Of a stretch of 24,000 nt of DNA, positions 17,091-24,000 are shown piece after piece (the first letter of the stretch is position 1; each line of letters begins with the position of its first letter). A program made the translations under genes and the position numbers. Source of the stretch: Streptomyces hesseae (lineage in GTDB: Bacteria; Actinomycetota; Actinomycetes; Streptomycetales; Streptomycetaceae); contig NZ_JAVRFI010000002.1 of NCBI RefSeq assembly GCF_031845785.1, positions 276,388 through 300,387 of the forward strand, written 5' to 3'. The notes beneath the pieces are model-generated. The model made no database searches and was not told the DNA's origin. It worked only from the letters and a program-made list of their open reading frames with translations.

Positions 17091-17303
17091 GTGATACGCA
17101 GAACCGCTCTCCGCACCCTCACCACCGTCGCTGTGACCGCGACCCTCGCCCTGCCCCTCACCCAGGGAGTCCAGGCGGCCACCCCGGCCACGACCGCCCC
17201 GGCGACCGCCGCCCCCGCCACGATCAACACGGAAGACGACACCCCCTTCCGCTGGATGGAACTGGACGGCCTACGGGCCGACTCGACGACGACGCCAATG
17301 TAG
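17091..17303 (+). CDS. Small secreted peptide/protein (70 aa precursor, ~41-aa predicted mature part), unknown function
   Basis: GTG 17091 has AGGAG (17079-17083) 7 nt upstream. Signal peptide VIRRTALRTLTTVAVTATLALPLTQGVQA. Mature part ATPATTAPATAAPATINTEDDTPFRWMELDGLRADSTTTPM. A GC hairpin follows the stop immediately. This is only the last 70 codons of listed ORF 16287..17303; the rest of that ORF looks non-coding. Confidence 0.55.
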   Translation: MIRRTALRTLTTVAVTATLALPLTQGVQAATPATTAPATAAPATINTEDDTPFRWMELDGLRADSTTTPM

Positions 17304-17320
17304 CGCCGGGCCGCCCGGCG
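17304..17320 (+). terminator. Tight GC hairpin directly after the small ORF stop
   Basis: CGCCGGG (17304-17310) pairs with CCCGGCG (17314-17320): 7-bp stem, 3-nt loop. Confidence 0.35.
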
Positions 17321-17544
17321 GCCACCGCGGCCATGATCGGCGACGAGCGCGCCGCCACCGCCATCTCCCGTATTTCCGTGTCTCCTTCCGCATCGCGGCG
17401 GCGGCCTTCCTGCCGTCGACACAGCGACGCAGGGCAGCGCGACCAAGGCCCTGAACGGAAGATCGCCGCAAACCCCCTCCATTGCGTCGCGCTCTCGCAT
17501 GCCCTCGTTTCACGAGATTCACCACAAGGGAGTTGTTCATTCTC

Positions 17545-18801
17545 ATGTACAAACGTCGGAGATTTCTCACCTTCGCCACTGCGGGGGCAGTCATATGCAC
17601 CGCCGGATTCATCCCGTCGGTCAGCCAGGCCGCCAACAGCGGCGACAGTGAAGAGAAGGGGTCCTACGCCGAAACGCACGGACTGACGGCGGATGACGTC
17701 AAGAACATCAACGCACTCAACGAAAGCGCCCTGGCTCTGGGGCAACCCGGCAAGCCTCCGGGGGAATGGCCTCCGAGCGCCGGCCCGTCCTCCCGGACCC
17801 CCGGCTCCACCGACGACAGGGAAACCCCTCCGGCCGAGCCGCTCGAAAGGATGCCTGATGCGTACCGGGCCTACGGAGGAAGGGCCACTACGGTCATCAA
17901 CAACTACATACGCAAGTGGCAGCAGGTCTACAGTCATCGAGGCGGCAAGAAGCAGCAGATGACCGAAGAGCAGCGAGAAAAGCTGTCCTACGGTTGCGTC
18001 GGCGTCACCTGGGTAAATTCGGGCCCCTACCCGATGAACAAATTGGCGTTTGCGTTCTTCGACGAGAACAAGTACAGGAACGACCTCAAAAACACCAGCC
18101 CCCGACCCGATGAAACGCAGGCAGAGTTCCAGGGTCGCATCGCCAAGGACAGTTTCGACGAGGGGAAGGGTTTCAAGCGGGCGCGTGATGTGGCGTCCAT
18201 CATGAACAAGGCCCTGGAAAGTGCCCACGACGAGGGGACGTACATCGACAACCTCAAGACGGGGCTCACGAACAGCAATGACGCTCTGCTCCACGATGAC
18301 AGCCGCTCGAACTTCTACTCGGCACTGAGAAACACACCGTCCTTCAAAGAAAGAGACGGGGGCGACTACGACCCGTCCAAGATGAAGGCGGTGATCTACT
18401 CGAAGCACTTCTGGAGCGGGCAGGACCAGCGGGGCCCCTCCGACAGGAGGAAGTACGGCGATCCGGAAGCCTTCCGTCCCGACCAGGGTACCGGCCTGGT
18501 CGACATGTCGAAGGACAGAAGCATCCCGCGCAGTCCCGCCAACTCTGGCGAAAGTTGGGTCAATTTCGACTACGGCTGGTTCGGGGCTCAGACGGAAGCG
18601 GACGCCGACAGGACGGTATGGACCCACGGCGACCACTATCACGCGCCCAACAGTGGCCTGGGCCCCATGCACGTATACGAGAGCAAGTTCCGGAACTGGT
18701 CTGCCGGGTACGCCGACTTCGACCGCGGAACCTACATGATCACGTTCATACCCAAGAGCTGGAACACCGCCCCCGCCAAGGTGCAGCAAGGCTGGCCGTA
18801 A
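17545..18801 (+). CDS. Microbial transglutaminase pre-pro-enzyme (protein-glutamine gamma-glutamyltransferase, Streptomyces mobaraensis MTG type)
   Basis: Near-collinear with the S. mobaraensis MTG sequence as I recall it: PPAEPL.RMPD, NNYIRKWQQVYSHR, QQMTEEQRE.LSYGCVGVTWVNSG (catalytic Cys151, codon 17995-17997), YSALRNTPSFKER, MKAVIYSKHFWSGQD, VNFDYGWFGAQTEADAD.TVWTHG.HYHAP (Asp and His of the triad), MHVYESKFRNWS, ITFIPKSWNTAP.KV.QGWP at the C-terminus. Start is ATG 17545, with signal peptide MYKRRRFLTFATAGAVICTAGFIPSVSQA. Confidence 0.95.
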   Translation: MYKRRRFLTFATAGAVICTAGFIPSVSQAANSGDSEEKGSYAETHGLTADDVKNINALNESALALGQPGKPPGEWPPSAGPSSRTPGSTDDRETPPAEPLERMPDAYRAYGGRATTVINNYIRKWQQVYSHRGGKKQQMTEEQREKLSYGCVGVTWVNSGPYPMNKLAFAFFDENKYRNDLKNTSPRPDETQAEFQGRIAKDSFDEGKGFKRARDVASIMNKALESAHDEGTYIDNLKTGLTNSNDALLHDDSRSNFYSALRNTPSFKERDGGDYDPSKMKAVIYSKHFWSGQDQRGPSDRRKYGDPEAFRPDQGTGLVDMSKDRSIPRSPANSGESWVNFDYGWFGAQTEADADRTVWTHGDHYHAPNSGLGPMHVYESKFRNWSAGYADFDRGTYMITFIPKSWNTAPAKVQQGWP

Positions 18802-18816
18802 CAGAACCGGGCAGAC

Positions 18817-18835
18817 GGGCCGGGTCGTCCGGCCC
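18817..18835 (+). terminator. Terminator-like hairpin after the transglutaminase gene
   Basis: GGGCCGG (18817-18823) pairs with CCGGCCC (18829-18835): 7-bp stem, 5-nt loop, 16 nt after the TAA stop (18799-18801). Confidence 0.5.
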
Positions 18836-19025
18836 TCCACCGTCCACACCTGCGGAGACGCCCCGGTCCCTCACTTGACGCACGTATGGGCGGACCGGGG
18901 ATCCAAGCGACGCAGTCGTCCCCTGAAGACGGAGTCAGCCGGCCTTCGGTGCCATCGCTGCCCAATGCAGTTGCTTTATGACGGCCGGTCTGACATAGAG
19001 CTGTGTCTCACCGCTTGGGTCTCTG

Positions 19026-19058
19026 TGAGGTCGACGAGCTCTTGGTGCTCGTCGACCT
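19026..19058. terminator. Perfect 13-bp inverted repeat, likely a bidirectional terminator
   Basis: GAGGTCGACGAGC (19026-19038) pairs with GCTCGTCGACCTC (19046-19058) around a 7-nt loop. It lies 20 nt downstream of the minus-strand mini-ORF stop (19078) and ~225 nt downstream of the transglutaminase gene. Confidence 0.6.
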
Positions 19059-19077
19059 CGCTCTGGTTGCGCCGCAA

Positions 19078-19239
19078 TCACGCGGGGCGAAGGAACATCA
19101 CCACGCCGATGCCGATGGTCGCCGCGACCATCAAGGCCGGGCCGAACTGTGGGCGGATGTACGCCACGGCGCCGGCCATGATGGCGGCGAGCAAACCCAC
19201 GACAGCGATCAGGGCGAGGAGCGTCTGCTCGGTGGTCAC
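19078..19239 (-). CDS. Small hydrophobic membrane protein (53 aa, two predicted TM helices)
   Basis: GTG 19239 is preceded by GCAGGAGGAC (strong RBS, 5-6 nt spacing). Product VTTEQTLLALIAVVGLLAAIMAGAVAYIRPQFGPALMVAATIGIGVVMFLRPA. The upstream part of listed ORF 19078..19371 is Arg-rich and unlikely to be coding. Confidence 0.55.
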   Translation of the reverse strand: MTTEQTLLALIAVVGLLAAIMAGAVAYIRPQFGPALMVAATIGIGVVMFLRPA

Positions 19240-19376
19240 GAAGTCCTCCTGCGGGTCGGAAAGCAAAGCCCCTGCGAGGCCTGCCGGAACAGCAGCGGAT
19301 CGTCGGGTAAGTCGTATGACACGGCAATCCAGGCACCTGGGCCGGTGACGCTGCCGTCGCAGCATGTCCATCCCGC

Positions 19377-19915
19377 TTAGGGCGGTGACGAGGGCAGGGT
19401 CGCCTTCAGCATGGGTCTTCCGGCTCGGCGACTACTCTTCTGCTTATTGGTCTGGTTGAGGACCCAGCGGCCGGGCTCGACCGTGTCCCGTCCGGCGCGA
19501 GTCCGCAGCAAGGGCCACCGGTTGGGTTTCTTGACCGCGCGTGGGCAGTTTCGGTTACGGCGGGTCGGGAGCAGGCGGCTTCGTGCCTCTTGACCGGCCT
19601 CGGCAAGGGAGCGGGTGAGCCTGGCCGTGGTGGCTCCGAGCTGGGAGGGAACGCTTCGGCGGATGATTCGGACACACTTCAGGCAGGAGACGCGGTCCGT
19701 ATCCACGGCGGGGTCGGCGAGGGCTGCGTCGTGGGCGAACCGGCGGATCGCGTGGTGGACGGCGAGGTAGGCCCACAGCTCTTGCCGGACGCCTTCCGGC
19801 GTCCGGGATTGGATCGGCCCGCCGGGGCCGAGGTGGTTCTTGATCTCATCGAAGGCCGGCCCGATCTCCCAGCATTCGAGATATAGCGCGATGAGCTCGG
19901 CCGCCGGGTACTGCC
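19377..19915 (-). mobile_element. IS4-family transposase, C-terminal remnant only
   Basis: My own translation of the minus strand gives YPAAELIALYLECWEIGPAFDEIKNHLGPGGPIQSRTPEGVRQELWAYLAVHHAIRRFAHDAAL...DTDRVSCLKCVRIIRR. This matches the conserved Y-x-x-R-W-E-I-E / DE-K / RS-TP-GV-QE C-terminal block of IS4 DDE transposases, with two substitutions (ECWEIG for RWEIE). The stop is TAA at 19377-19379. No N-terminal or central DDE part is contiguous with it. Confidence 0.7.
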
Positions 19916-20403
19916 TTGGCGTCGTCGCGCTCGGCTTCCCGGCGTTTGTCCTCGGTGGCGGGTTCGTCCTTGGCGAGCAGGGCGACGGTGCGGCCGTCGG
20001 GGAGCGGGCAGTGGTCGGAGATTCCGCCGCGCCACCTGGTCAAGGCCTCGGCCTTGGCGATGTCCTCGCTGCCATCCAGACGGATCCGCTGGAGTTGGGC
20101 GGTGCCCTGCTCCTCGCGGTCGGAGGTGAAGAAGAGAGAGGCCGAGTCAGGCGCCCACTTCGGGCCGAGGTCGCGGGCCGTGCCGTCGGTCAGCCTGCGC
20201 GGGGATGTGCTGCCGTCGGCGGCGGTGACCCAGACGGACCCGTGCGGACGCCCGCCCCTTCCGCCGTTCGCGACCACTCCGTGGGCGACCAGGCGGCCGT
20301 CCGGCGAGATGGCCGGTGCCACGGCGGCGGCAACGTCCACCACCAGTTCGGCGGTGAGCGGGTCGGTCGGTCCGGGAGTCGGCTGCGGTGCGCGGCGCGG
20401 CAT
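19913..20403 (-). pseudogene. 5' fragment of an S9-family (prolyl oligopeptidase / acylaminoacyl peptidase) gene: beta-propeller part only
   Basis: ATG 20403. The product has the N-terminal propeller pattern of S9 peptidases: PLTAELVVDVAAAVAPAISPDGRLVAHGVV, SVWVTAADGSTSPRRLTDG, PKWAPDSASLFFTSDR, AQLQRIRLDGS. Similarity stops near ERDDAK (~19915), where the IS4 remnant begins. The catalytic domain is absent. Confidence 0.55.
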
Positions 20404-20715
20404 GCGGACTGCCTTTCGCTCGCCAGTACGGCAAGCGGACATCCTGTCGCACTATCGGGTCGGCGTCAGTCGGAATTCGGAGAACGGGCCGCATGCGAAC
20501 CTGCCCCGGACGCCCTGCCACAGCCCATGGCACAGAGTGGACATGCACTGGCGGAAGGGCGGTGACCTGCATGCTTGATCATCGCTATGAGTCGGACCAT
20601 TCTCCCAGAAGGTACGGCTCGATTAACTTCCAATCCACAACCGATAGCTGAACTCGCGTGATGCCAGACGATCTACGGGATCACACTTCGCCACGGGGAC
20701 GAATCCGTCTATTGA

Positions 20716-21175
20716 TCACGACTCGATATGCGCCCTAGGGCCGTCGCAGGTGTCGCCGTTGCTCGCCGAGTCGGGAAGGTCGAACTGGGTGCCGTCCAGG
20801 GCGAGCAGCCCTAGCCCACGCCACCATGCTCCAGGCCTGTCCGGTCCAGCCAGCGGCCCAGCGACCTGCCGGAACAAGGTCTCCAGCACGCCCTCGCCGA
20901 GCCGCGCCCTGGCCCGGGACAACGACGATCGGTTGACCCGGGCCAGAACGCCGCTACCCGGAACGCCGTTGGTCGGCACGCACATGACCTTCTCATACGA
21001 CTCCTGGGCGAACAGGCAAGCGCGAGCACGAAGTAGGCGACCAGCCGAGCCGGAAGCAGACGGCGCCGCTGCTCGGCCCGGCCGTGCTTGACCATCGCCA
21101 CGTCGACCAGCTCTGGGTGAACACCTTCGTCAAGATCCCGATCCGCACCCGTTGCCCGGCGCTCCACACCTTCAC
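20716..21175 (-). mobile_element. IS4-family transposase, N-terminal remnant with at least two frameshifts
   Basis: Three minus-strand frames must be read in series. They give RIGILTKVF (ORF 20993..21175), then PELVDVAMVKHGRAEQRRRLLPARLVAYFVLALA (ORF 20811..21179), then SLSRARARLGEGVLETLFRQVAGPLA...AWWRGLGLLALDGTQFDLPDS (ORF 20716..20985). Together they match the IS4 N-terminal domain. The remnant ends before the DDE core. Confidence 0.65.
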
Positions 21176-21576
21176 GCATCGGTCAACGGCCCGGGAAGAT
21201 CAAAAGCAACTGCATTGGCCATCGCTGCCCCCAGGGCCACATGGCAGCCCACGACGGTCCTGGCGTGGTCGTAGGCGATCGTCATCGTCACCCCGCCGAT
21301 GTGGGCGCGCCCGCCGGTGGCGGTCGAAAGCAGGTCTGCAGGCCCTGGCCGGCGGTGAAGGAGCAGAACGGATCGCGCGAGTACGACAGCGTCATGCAAG
21401 CTCGGGCGAGACCGCAGAAGGCGAATGGCTCAGCAATCTCGGTTGAGATCGGCCCGGCTGTCAGAGACATTACGTCGTCAGGTTGGAGGCATGACGAAGG
21501 CCCGAGCCGACTTCTGCTTGGGCCCCGCCTGCTTCTTCGCCTGGATCACCGCACAGTCACTGAACAGGAGCCACCC

Positions 21577-22377
21577 GTGGCCAACACTTGGCAGACCACC
21601 CCCGACCCTGTCGAGGATCGAAGCCGGCAGGACCATCCGGATCGCCCCGCGGCCTTCGACGACGCGGCGATACGCCAGGCCCGCAACTCCGCCGCGTTCT
21701 GGACCGCAATCGGAAACTCCCGCGGCCACGAGGTGATCCGCCGCCGCAGCTTCCTCGCCGTGCTCGGCGGCGAGCGCGCCGGGACACGCTTCTTGCTGCA
21801 GGAACCCGACCCCGACGCGCACGAGCTCGCCGAGCTGACCGAGCTGGCGGTCCGGTCGACCGGACCGGTGGATGCTGAGGATCCGTTCGATTCCACCGAC
21901 CTGAGTCACCTGGGCATGCGCAACTGGCAGATGCCGATCATGGTGCGCCCGCCCGGTCCTGTCCCCGCCCCCGCGATGGAGGTGATCCGAGTCCGGCGGA
22001 CGCACGAGCTGCAGACTGCCGAGGAGATCCTGATCGACGGCTTCGAGCTGACCAGATTCACCCCCTACCGTCCCGGCGAGATGTTCCCCACGACGCTGAC
22101 CGAGCAGCCAGGCGTAGGCGTCTTTCTCGCCGTCCTGGACGGCGAGGCGGTCGGAGCCGGTGTCACCGTCGTCCACGACGGGTTCGGCAGCCACTACTGG
22201 GTCGGCACGCCGTCGGCGCACCGCTCCCGCGGCGCCGGGCGGGCCGTCATGCTCGGCTCGCTCGCGCCCATGTCGAACCTTCCGGTGACACTCACTGCCT
22301 CACGGCTCGGACGGCCCCTGTACGAGTCGCTGGGCTTCACCGCCGTCACCTCGTCGACCTGGTGGTCCTCACAATGA
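21577..22377 (+). CDS. GNAT-family N-acetyltransferase
   Basis: Internal GTG 21577 of listed ORF 21241..22377, with GGAG 6 nt upstream. C-terminal GNAT core: VFLAVLDGEAVGAGVTVV, WVGTPSAHRSRGAGRAVM (acetyl-CoA-binding R-x-x-G-x-G/A motif), LTASRLGRPLYESLGF. Confidence 0.75.
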   Translation: MANTWQTTPDPVEDRSRQDHPDRPAAFDDAAIRQARNSAAFWTAIGNSRGHEVIRRRSFLAVLGGERAGTRFLLQEPDPDAHELAELTELAVRSTGPVDAEDPFDSTDLSHLGMRNWQMPIMVRPPGPVPAPAMEVIRVRRTHELQTAEEILIDGFELTRFTPYRPGEMFPTTLTEQPGVGVFLAVLDGEAVGAGVTVVHDGFGSHYWVGTPSAHRSRGAGRAVMLGSLAPMSNLPVTLTASRLGRPLYESLGFTAVTSSTWWSSQ

Positions 22378-22390
22378 CCACCACCGAGGC

Positions 22391-22714
22391 GTGACTCAGC
22401 GCCCCCGGCCAACCCGGACACCACTTGCAAGGATGGCCCGTGGCCCCCGTCCCGGCGGCCGGGGAGCCGACCGGGCGCCGGGACGGACAACGCCGCGCGG
22501 TCCGCGGCCCAGACCTGTTGCCCTCGTCGTCCGCGACAAGCGCACCATCGACGACACGGTGGGCATCCGCGACTGGGCTGACGTCCTCGCCGACCGCGGC
22601 TACCTCGGCCGCACCGAAGCACGCCGCTTCAACGCCCTCCTCGACGAGGCGATCGCCTCTGGCCATCGCCTCCCTCAGCGCGCCGACCTCAGCACCCTGG
22701 GGTCATCACGCTGA
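22391..22714 (+). CDS. Hypothetical small protein or gene fragment
   Basis: The C-terminal two thirds (VALVVRDKRTIDDTVGIRDWADVLADRGYLGRTEARRFNALLDEAIASGHRL) have GC3-biased codons and a non-repetitive composition. The N-terminus is Arg/Pro/Gly-rich and the start is uncertain (GTG 22391 or ATG 22433). No family recognised. Confidence 0.3.
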   Translation: MTQRPRPTRTPLARMARGPRPGGRGADRAPGRTTPRGPRPRPVALVVRDKRTIDDTVGIRDWADVLADRGYLGRTEARRFNALLDEAIASGHRLPQRADLSTLGSSR

Positions 22715-23007
22715 GTAGCCATCATCTGGACTGACACACCGTCGCCAAAGTCAGCATCAGTGCCGCCACAGACCGCTGCCGACCGCCGGAGAGCGCCGAG
22801 ACCAGATACTCCGTTCACCACCACTGACCTGCGGAAATACAGGCCACCGGCATGACCGTCCGTTACTGGAGGAGCCCCTCGTAAAAATGCTCATCGATCT
22901 CCCCGAACGGCAAAGCCGCTGAGATGCCGCAGCCTGACGGCACGGCGGCCTCCCAGCGGCTCTGTCGGGGGCTCGGGCCGAGCAGATGCTCTCAACGGGC
23001 GGGCAGG

Positions 23008-23400
23008 TCAGCTCACCTCTGCGGTGAACGCCTCGTACGCCCGTCGAAGAGGACAAAGCGGACCTCCTCGATGCTCGTCTCCGCTTGTCTCACCGTCTCG
23101 ACCGCAATACGGGCCACGTCCTCCATCGGCCACCGGTAGACACCCGTCGAGATCGCCGGGAACGCCACCGTCCACGCGCCCATCTCGTCCGCGGCGCGCA
23201 AGGACTCCCGGTAGCAGGAGGCCAGCAGCGACTCGTCACCACCAGAAACCTGAAACACCGGGCCCACGGTGTTGAGCGTTTACCCACTGCGTCAGGCAGC
23301 GAGCATCAGCGACCGAGCCCCCACGGAGGTCGCCTGCTCGATGCCGGGTCCACGACCACCGATACGGCGTCCGAGACCGGCCTGGCTACGACCCATCCGC
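23008..23400 (-). pseudogene. Decayed macro-domain (ADP-ribose-binding / O-acetyl-ADP-ribose deacetylase-like) gene
   Basis: ORF 23013..23267 encodes the C-terminal half of a macro domain: TVGPVFQVSGGDESLLASCYRESLRAADEMGAWTVAFPAISTGVYRWPMEDVARIAVETV...EVRFVLFD. An in-frame TAA sits 4 codons upstream (23280-23282). Degenerate GGxG-loop remnants (IGGRGPGIEQ...) lie in another frame around 23300-23385. The expected C-terminus RAYEAFTAEVS* is in a shifted frame ending at 23008. Confidence 0.6.
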
Positions 23401-23522
23401 GAATCTTGACGCTTTCCTGACGCCCTGCCCCGGGTAGGCGAGGAATCCATTGCTTACGCTGGCTCGGCCGTCCGCATGATGGCCGAATTTCGACCCCCAC
23501 GGCAGCATCCCAGGAGCACCAC

Positions 23523-24000
23523 ATGGCCACGCCGACCGACACGCACACGAGTCGTCTGCGGGGGTGGATGCTGGAGGGTCTCTCCGACATGGGCAAGGGC
23601 CGTCCTTCGCAGGCCGCGCCGACGCCCGAGCACGAGGGCCAGCCCTGGTACCGGGTGATGTGCCTGACCGGTGTCGACTATTTCTCGACCCTCGGCTACC
23701 AGCCGGGCATCGCCGCCCTGGCCGCCGGGCTGCTCTCCCCTGTCGCGACGGTCGTGCTCGTGATCGTGACGCTGGCCGGCGCGCTGCCCGTCTACCGGCG
23801 GGTGGCCGAGGAGAGCCCGCACGGCGAGGGTTCGATCGCGATGCTGTCCCGGCTGCTGTCCTTCTGGAAGGGCAAGCTGTTCGTCCTCACGCTGCTGGGC
23901 TTCGCCGCGACCGACTTCCTGATCACGATCACGCTGTCGGCCGCGGACGCCTCCACCCACCTGGTGGAGAACCCCAATCTGGAAGGGGTCCTGCACAACA
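23523..24000 (+). CDS. Polytopic membrane protein, APC-superfamily-like permease; 3' end outside the window
   Basis: Not in the ORF track because no stop is reached. ATG 23523 has AGGAG (23512-23516) 6 nt upstream. My translation: [143 protein letters not shown]... It has hydrophobic helices and GC3-biased codons. Confidence 0.7.
   Translation, partial: MATPTDTHTSRLRGWMLEGLSDMGKGRPSQAAPTPEHEGQPWYRVMCLTGVDYFSTLGYQPGIAALAAGLLSPVATVVLVIVTLAGALPVYRRVAEESPHGEGSIAMLSRLLSFWKGKLFVLTLLGFAATDFLITITLSAADASTHLVENPNLEGVLHN

Noticed and set aside
17224-18849. 541-aa minus-strand ORF opposite the transglutaminase gene
   Set aside because: The plus-strand product is unambiguously a transglutaminase. The antisense translation has no recognisable features.
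19330-21260. Terminal inverted repeats and target-site duplications for the IS4 remnants
   Set aside because: I compared the sequence just outside both remnants (19330-19376 and 21176-21260) by eye and found no convincing inverted repeat. The ends are probably deleted or too diverged.
21172-21399. 75-aa minus-strand ORF (…GGRAHIGGVTMTIAYDHARTVVGCHVALGAAMA…), faintly reminiscent of a hotdog-fold thioesterase fragment
   Set aside because: The resemblance is too weak, there is no credible start or RBS, and it may be another relic. It is not supportable as a feature.
22715-23012. ORF 22757..23056 (99 aa, minus strand) and neighbouring short ORFs
   Set aside because: The composition is Arg/Ser/Cys/Gly-rich with no start context, and it overlaps the macro-domain relic. 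Treated as non-coding.
1-24000. CRISPR arrays, tRNA, rRNA or other structured RNA genes
   Set aside because: Reading both strands, I saw no regularly spaced repeats of 25-40 bp with spacers and no tRNA-like or rRNA-like segments. The only periodic repeat is the short GGTGAT element at 1878-1937.

Overview
High-GC actinomycete DNA, Streptomyces-like: about 72% G+C in hand-counted coding lines, with strong G/C third-position bias. All family calls rest on motifs read from the translations; no database search was run.

Left half (1-13.3 kb), intact and tightly packed:
- A 5'-truncated MMPL transporter.
- A translationally coupled three-gene operon: a group II PLP decarboxylase, an orphan protein with tryptophan-dioxygenase-like motif spacing, and a 934-aa ATP-grasp::PLP-decarboxylase fusion.
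- Two divergent operons, FAD monooxygenase-MFS exporter-secreted protein and uricase-fold protein-secreted protein. Each ends in a paralogue of the same four-cysteine secreted protein.
- A mycothiol-type DinB/MDMPI enzyme.

I read this half as a candidate uncharacterised small-molecule pathway with no NRPS, PKS or precursor-peptide hallmarks. It is the most interesting part of the window.

Right half (13.8-23.5 kb), decayed accessory DNA:
- A frameshifted GH63-like glycosidase and about 1 kb with no credible ORF.
- IS4 transposase remnants bracketing a truncated S9 peptidase.
- A broken macro-domain gene.
- Embedded among these, an apparently intact, lower-GC microbial transglutaminase pre-pro-enzyme, a small secreted-peptide ORF, a GNAT acetyltransferase and a mini membrane protein.

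The window ends inside a permease-like membrane protein. I saw no rRNA, tRNA or CRISPR array.
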